Below are positions 62,114 through 64,000 of a DNA stretch of 64,000 bases, one piece after another. Below the pieces are notes generated by a model that had not been told where the DNA came from, made no database searches, and was given only the letters and a program-made list of their open reading frames with translations. Location: contig NC_043015.1 of NCBI RefSeq assembly GCF_006345805.1, forward strand, positions 12,276,001 through 12,340,000, written 5' to 3'. Each line of letters begins with the position of its first letter. Within the stretch, counting starts at the first letter, position 1. The position numbers and the translations under genes are program-made. This DNA is from Octopus sinensis (taxonomy: Eukaryota).

Positions 62114-62965
62114 ATGACTGACATGGATGCCGTACCCGAAAAAAGGAGAAAACGGAGTGACAGTACAGGCGACCATTTCGACGACCGACAAACCGAAGCA
62201 GAACTATTGAAATGCTTCGATAAATATGATATGACACATAAAAAGCGAGGTGTCGCCTACATCTTCAACAATGAAACTTTCAGACACTCGGAACTTACTT
62301 GTGGTGGATCATCAAAAGACGCACAAGATTTTAAAATGGCATTAATAAGACTTGGATTACAGGAAGAAGATATCCATATTAATACAGATTTAAGTACCGA
62401 AGAGATGATTGGGGTTTTGCAAAGGTTTGGCAAAGATAATACTGATATTGATTCTGATTGTTTTATTTGTGCAATACTAAGTTATAGTAACTCAGAAGGT
62501 CTAATCTATGGATACGACGATAAAACTGAACTAGAGAAATTACTTTCTTATCTGAGACCCGATCGTTGTCCATGTTTAAAAGGAATACCTAAATTATTCT
62601 TTATTCAAGCATGCCGAGGAAGTAAGATGGATTGTGGGGTCGAACAAAATGATGTTGCTTCCTATGGATTTGAAAAAACGTCATCCAAAATTCCAATTAT
62701 GGCAGATATGCTGGTTGCTTATTCATCGTGTGATAAATATCCTTCTTTCGGAAATGAAGAAGGAGGCTCGTGGTTTATGCAAACTCTAAGTAAAATGTTG
62801 ACGTATTATGGCACTGAACATGAAATCATGACACTTTTAACCGCTGTCTCTAAGTACGTTGCCTCTTTAGGCTCCCGGATTCCGGACAATTCAGCATACA
62901 ATGAATATAAACAAATGCCTCACATTACGTCGACATTGACTAAACAACTGAAGTTTGAACCGTAG
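62114..62965 (+). CDS. Single-exon caspase-3/7-like protein (283 aa), predicted catalytically inactive
   Basis: Open frame with p20/p10 motifs RGVAYIFNN, DSDCFICAILS, PKLFFIQACRG, KIPIMADML, GSWFMQTL, QMPHITSTLTKQL; SHG is replaced by SYS and both S1 arginines are substituted. Confidence 0.93.
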   Translation: MTDMDAVPEKRRKRSDSTGDHFDDRQTEAELLKCFDKYDMTHKKRGVAYIFNNETFRHSELTCGGSSKDAQDFKMALIRLGLQEEDIHINTDLSTEEMIGVLQRFGKDNTDIDSDCFICAILSYSNSEGLIYGYDDKTELEKLLSYLRPDRCPCLKGIPKLFFIQACRGSKMDCGVEQNDVASYGFEKTSSKIPIMADMLVAYSSCDKYPSFGNEEGGSWFMQTLSKMLTYYGTEHEIMTLLTAVSKYVASLGSRIPDNSAYNEYKQMPHITSTLTKQLKFEP

Positions 62966-63429
62966 AACATTTGTAATATGGGATCCTTAAATACAGTGAG
63001 AATTTCTGATGCACGCACACATTATACGAATATATATATATATATATATATGTATAAGGATGAAAAGGAACACATATGATTACAGACTTAATTTGATTTT
63101 ATAAATATCATCTAACTTTTAAGACGTTTAACTAAAACTATTTTCTACCGTAAATTTCAATAAGGACACAAGTGCCTTATATTTTCATGCTAAATCTCAA
63201 AATAATTCTTCACTCTGAAAATTCAACTAACATTGTTTGGCGAACCTGGTGCACAGTCACCCCTAACCCCGGAACCAACCTTTCCGATTTTTTTTCCGCA
63301 CCGGATTCCTATGTTTTCGATGACGGAGATTCCAAATATGAAAAAAAAAAAAAGAACACGTTTTTAAAATTTTTTAATTTTTAACTCATTTTCGAATTTT
63401 TCTTTTCAATCTACGTGGAAAAATACGGA

Positions 63430-63960
63430 GATTATATATTTATGTGTTTGTGTATGTTTGTATGTCTGTGTTTGTTCCCCCACCCTTGCTTAACAACCGA
63501 CTCGCCTCCATTCAAAAATTGGGTTACCGACCCACTAAAAAATTGAGGTTGGATTAAAAGTGCTACTCTCTCTCTTTTACTTGTTTCAGTCATTTGACTG
63601 CGGCCATGCTGGAGCACCGCCTTTAGTCGAGCAAATCGACCCCGGGACTTATTCTTTGTAAGCCCAGTACTTATTCTATCGGTCTCTTTTTGCCGAACCG
63701 CTAATGACGGGGACGTAAACACATCAGCATCGGTTGTCAAGCAATGCTAGGGGAACAAACACAGACACACGCACATACATACATATATATATATATACAT
63801 ATATACGACAGGCTTCTTTCAGTTTCCGTCTACCAAATCCACACACAAGGCATTGGTCGGCCCGGGGCTATAGTAGAAGACACTTGTCCAAGATGCCACG
63901 CAGTGGGACTGAACCCAGGACCATGTGGTTGGTTAGCAAGCTACTTACCACACAGCCACT
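63430..63960 (-). mobile_element. tRNA/CORE-type SINE (family 2), full copy plus partial
   Basis: Reverse copy of 53060-53470 at about 63570-63960, with a partial tail at 63430-63500. Confidence 0.85.
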
Positions 63961-64000
63961 CGGCGTTTGGCCTCCTCAATAGGCATGTTATAAAAAAATG

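Noticed and set aside
62483-62488. Idea that A-to-I editing could restore the caspase active site
   Set aside because: Editing could turn AGT (Ser) into Gly but cannot turn TAT into His or TGT/GGA into Arg

Overview
AT-rich, microsatellite- and transposon-dense eukaryotic DNA. The repeat families look like those of an octopus or other coleoid cephalopod; this is inferred from memory of those families and not database-checked. Two host genes can be read. (1) A minus-strand, multi-exon gene for an uncharacterised protein with three MYND-type zinc fingers: exons 41264-41325 (5'UTR), 36335-37199 and 21303-21470, with a probable terminal exon from 18900, giving about 347 aa. (2) A plus-strand single-exon caspase-3/7-like ORF (62114-62965, 283 aa). 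It keeps QACRG but has lost the catalytic His and both Asp-binding arginines, so it looks like an intact pseudo-caspase. The introns and intergenic DNA carry SINEs, LINE fragments (RTE, CR1, R4/Dong, CRE-like), an LTR pol remnant, mariner, maT, Merlin and hAT elements, and Helentron-type elements. The most striking non-coding signal is a set of about 10 minimal type I hammerhead ribozyme motifs from several unrelated repeat families. They have palindromic (dimer-type) stem III, sit mostly in tandem or inverted Penelope-like repeats, and include non-canonical cores (U4C in two families, U3-A8 in one). One long, near-perfect inverted repeat holds a 28S rRNA peptidyl-transferase-centre fragment in its loop. 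All coordinates, alignments and counts were done by hand; TE boundaries are approximate.
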